DNA of 64,000 bases from Scyliorhinus canicula (Eukaryota): assembly GCF_902713615.1 (NCBI RefSeq), contig NC_052168.1, positions 4,712,001 to 4,776,000 on the forward strand, read 5' to 3'. This document shows positions 63,262 through 64,000 of the stretch, one piece after another. The notes beneath the pieces are model-generated. The model saw only the letters and a list, made by a program, of their open reading frames with translations, had not been told where the DNA came from and did no database searches. The position numbers and the translations under genes are program-made. How positions within the stretch are numbered: position 1 is the stretch's first letter; every line of letters starts with the position of its first letter.

Positions 63262-63351
63262 ATGAAGATGGAACTAGACGTGTTGACGGACGTCCTCCAA
63301 ACCGGTGACCAGGAGGTGATACAGAAAGCCTTGCTTGAATTTAACAAAGAG
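63262..63351 (+). CDS. RIC8: RIC8 (synembryn, G-alpha GEF/chaperone) first coding exon MKMELDVLTDVLQTGDQEVIQKALLEFNKE; gene continues beyond the window
   Basis: Matches the RIC8A N-terminus (human [28 protein letters not shown]) with a phase-0 donor GAG|gtgagg at the equivalent position; acceptor at 63201; paralog identity not resolvable. Confidence 0.82.
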
Positions 63352-64000
63352 GTGAGGAGTCAGAAAGAGAGAGAGAGAAAGAGAGCATCACATTTTCTGA
63401 CTTGTTTTGCTGTGCTTTGCCTCCCCCCACCCCCCACTGCCCACTGCCCCCTCCCCACCCAGAGAGACAGAGAGCCCTGGCCCCTGAAGCAGCTGCTGAC
63501 TGGTCCACATAACAGGTTTAAGCAGCAGGGCAGCAAGACGGGTTTGTTCGACCCGATGGCTGTACTCAGTGCCGTCATAGAACCAGACGCCAGAACCCCC
63601 AGAGGAAACAGATATTTCCGACGGCCACGGTTCAGTTCACTCCCGGATTCCAAACACAGAACAACCCTCCAAAATGCTCCTCTCCCCCCCCCCCCCCCCC
63701 CCCCCCAAGCTGGACGCACAGCTGAGAATGCCGCGCCATGACCTAATTTCTGATGCTTCTCCCTCTCGCCCCTCTCTGCTGCCCCGGTGCGAACCGTCGC
63801 TGCTCCGGTTGGCAACTGCCTGGAATCCTCGTGGATCCCCCCCAAACCGATTTTTAAAAATATTGGCGACTGTAAATCCGGCCTGGGTAGCTGACCAGGT
63901 CCAGCTGGGCAAAGTTGGCGCCTGACTTGTAAACTAGATGCTGTCGGATTTGTTAACTGTGAATGTTTCCTTTTGGCTGGGATCCACGGGGGGGGGGGGG

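Noticed and set aside
62920-63741. 273-aa ORF as a single-exon gene
   Set aside because: Only 63201-63351 is bounded by splice sites and RIC8-like; the rest is intron, microsatellite or repeat

Overview
Vertebrate genomic DNA, very likely from a shark (catshark-like), judged from the dense HE1/V-SINE-type SINEs, CR1 and L2 LINE fragments, Penelope-like elements and GC-rich MITEs. Three genes can be built by hand from splice sites; the ORF track mostly misses them. (1) IRF3 on the minus strand has 8 coding exons (18694->6101, 453 aa once a 1-nt frameshift in the first coding exon is corrected). (2) A secretin-family prepro-hormone gene on the plus strand has a TATA box at 47007, a non-coding exon 1 and five phase-2-linked coding exons (48867..57145, 188 aa); the predicted mature peptide is HSDSLFTSELSKLRRTAVARNVINSIL.... 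(3) The first coding exon of a RIC8 (synembryn) gene lies at 63262..63351. The IRF3 / secretin-like / RIC8 arrangement mirrors the IRF7 / SCT / RIC8A region of human 11p15.5, so this may be a secretin paralog and a RIC8 paralog on the IRF3 paralogon. The rest is repeats: a decayed Gypsy element with an inverted integrase half, at least 8 solo LTRs with 5-bp TSDs, hammerhead-bearing Penelope-like fragments (one forming a perfect 164-bp palindrome), a hAT-type MITE and several large minisatellites. All family assignments come from recalled sequences, not database searches.
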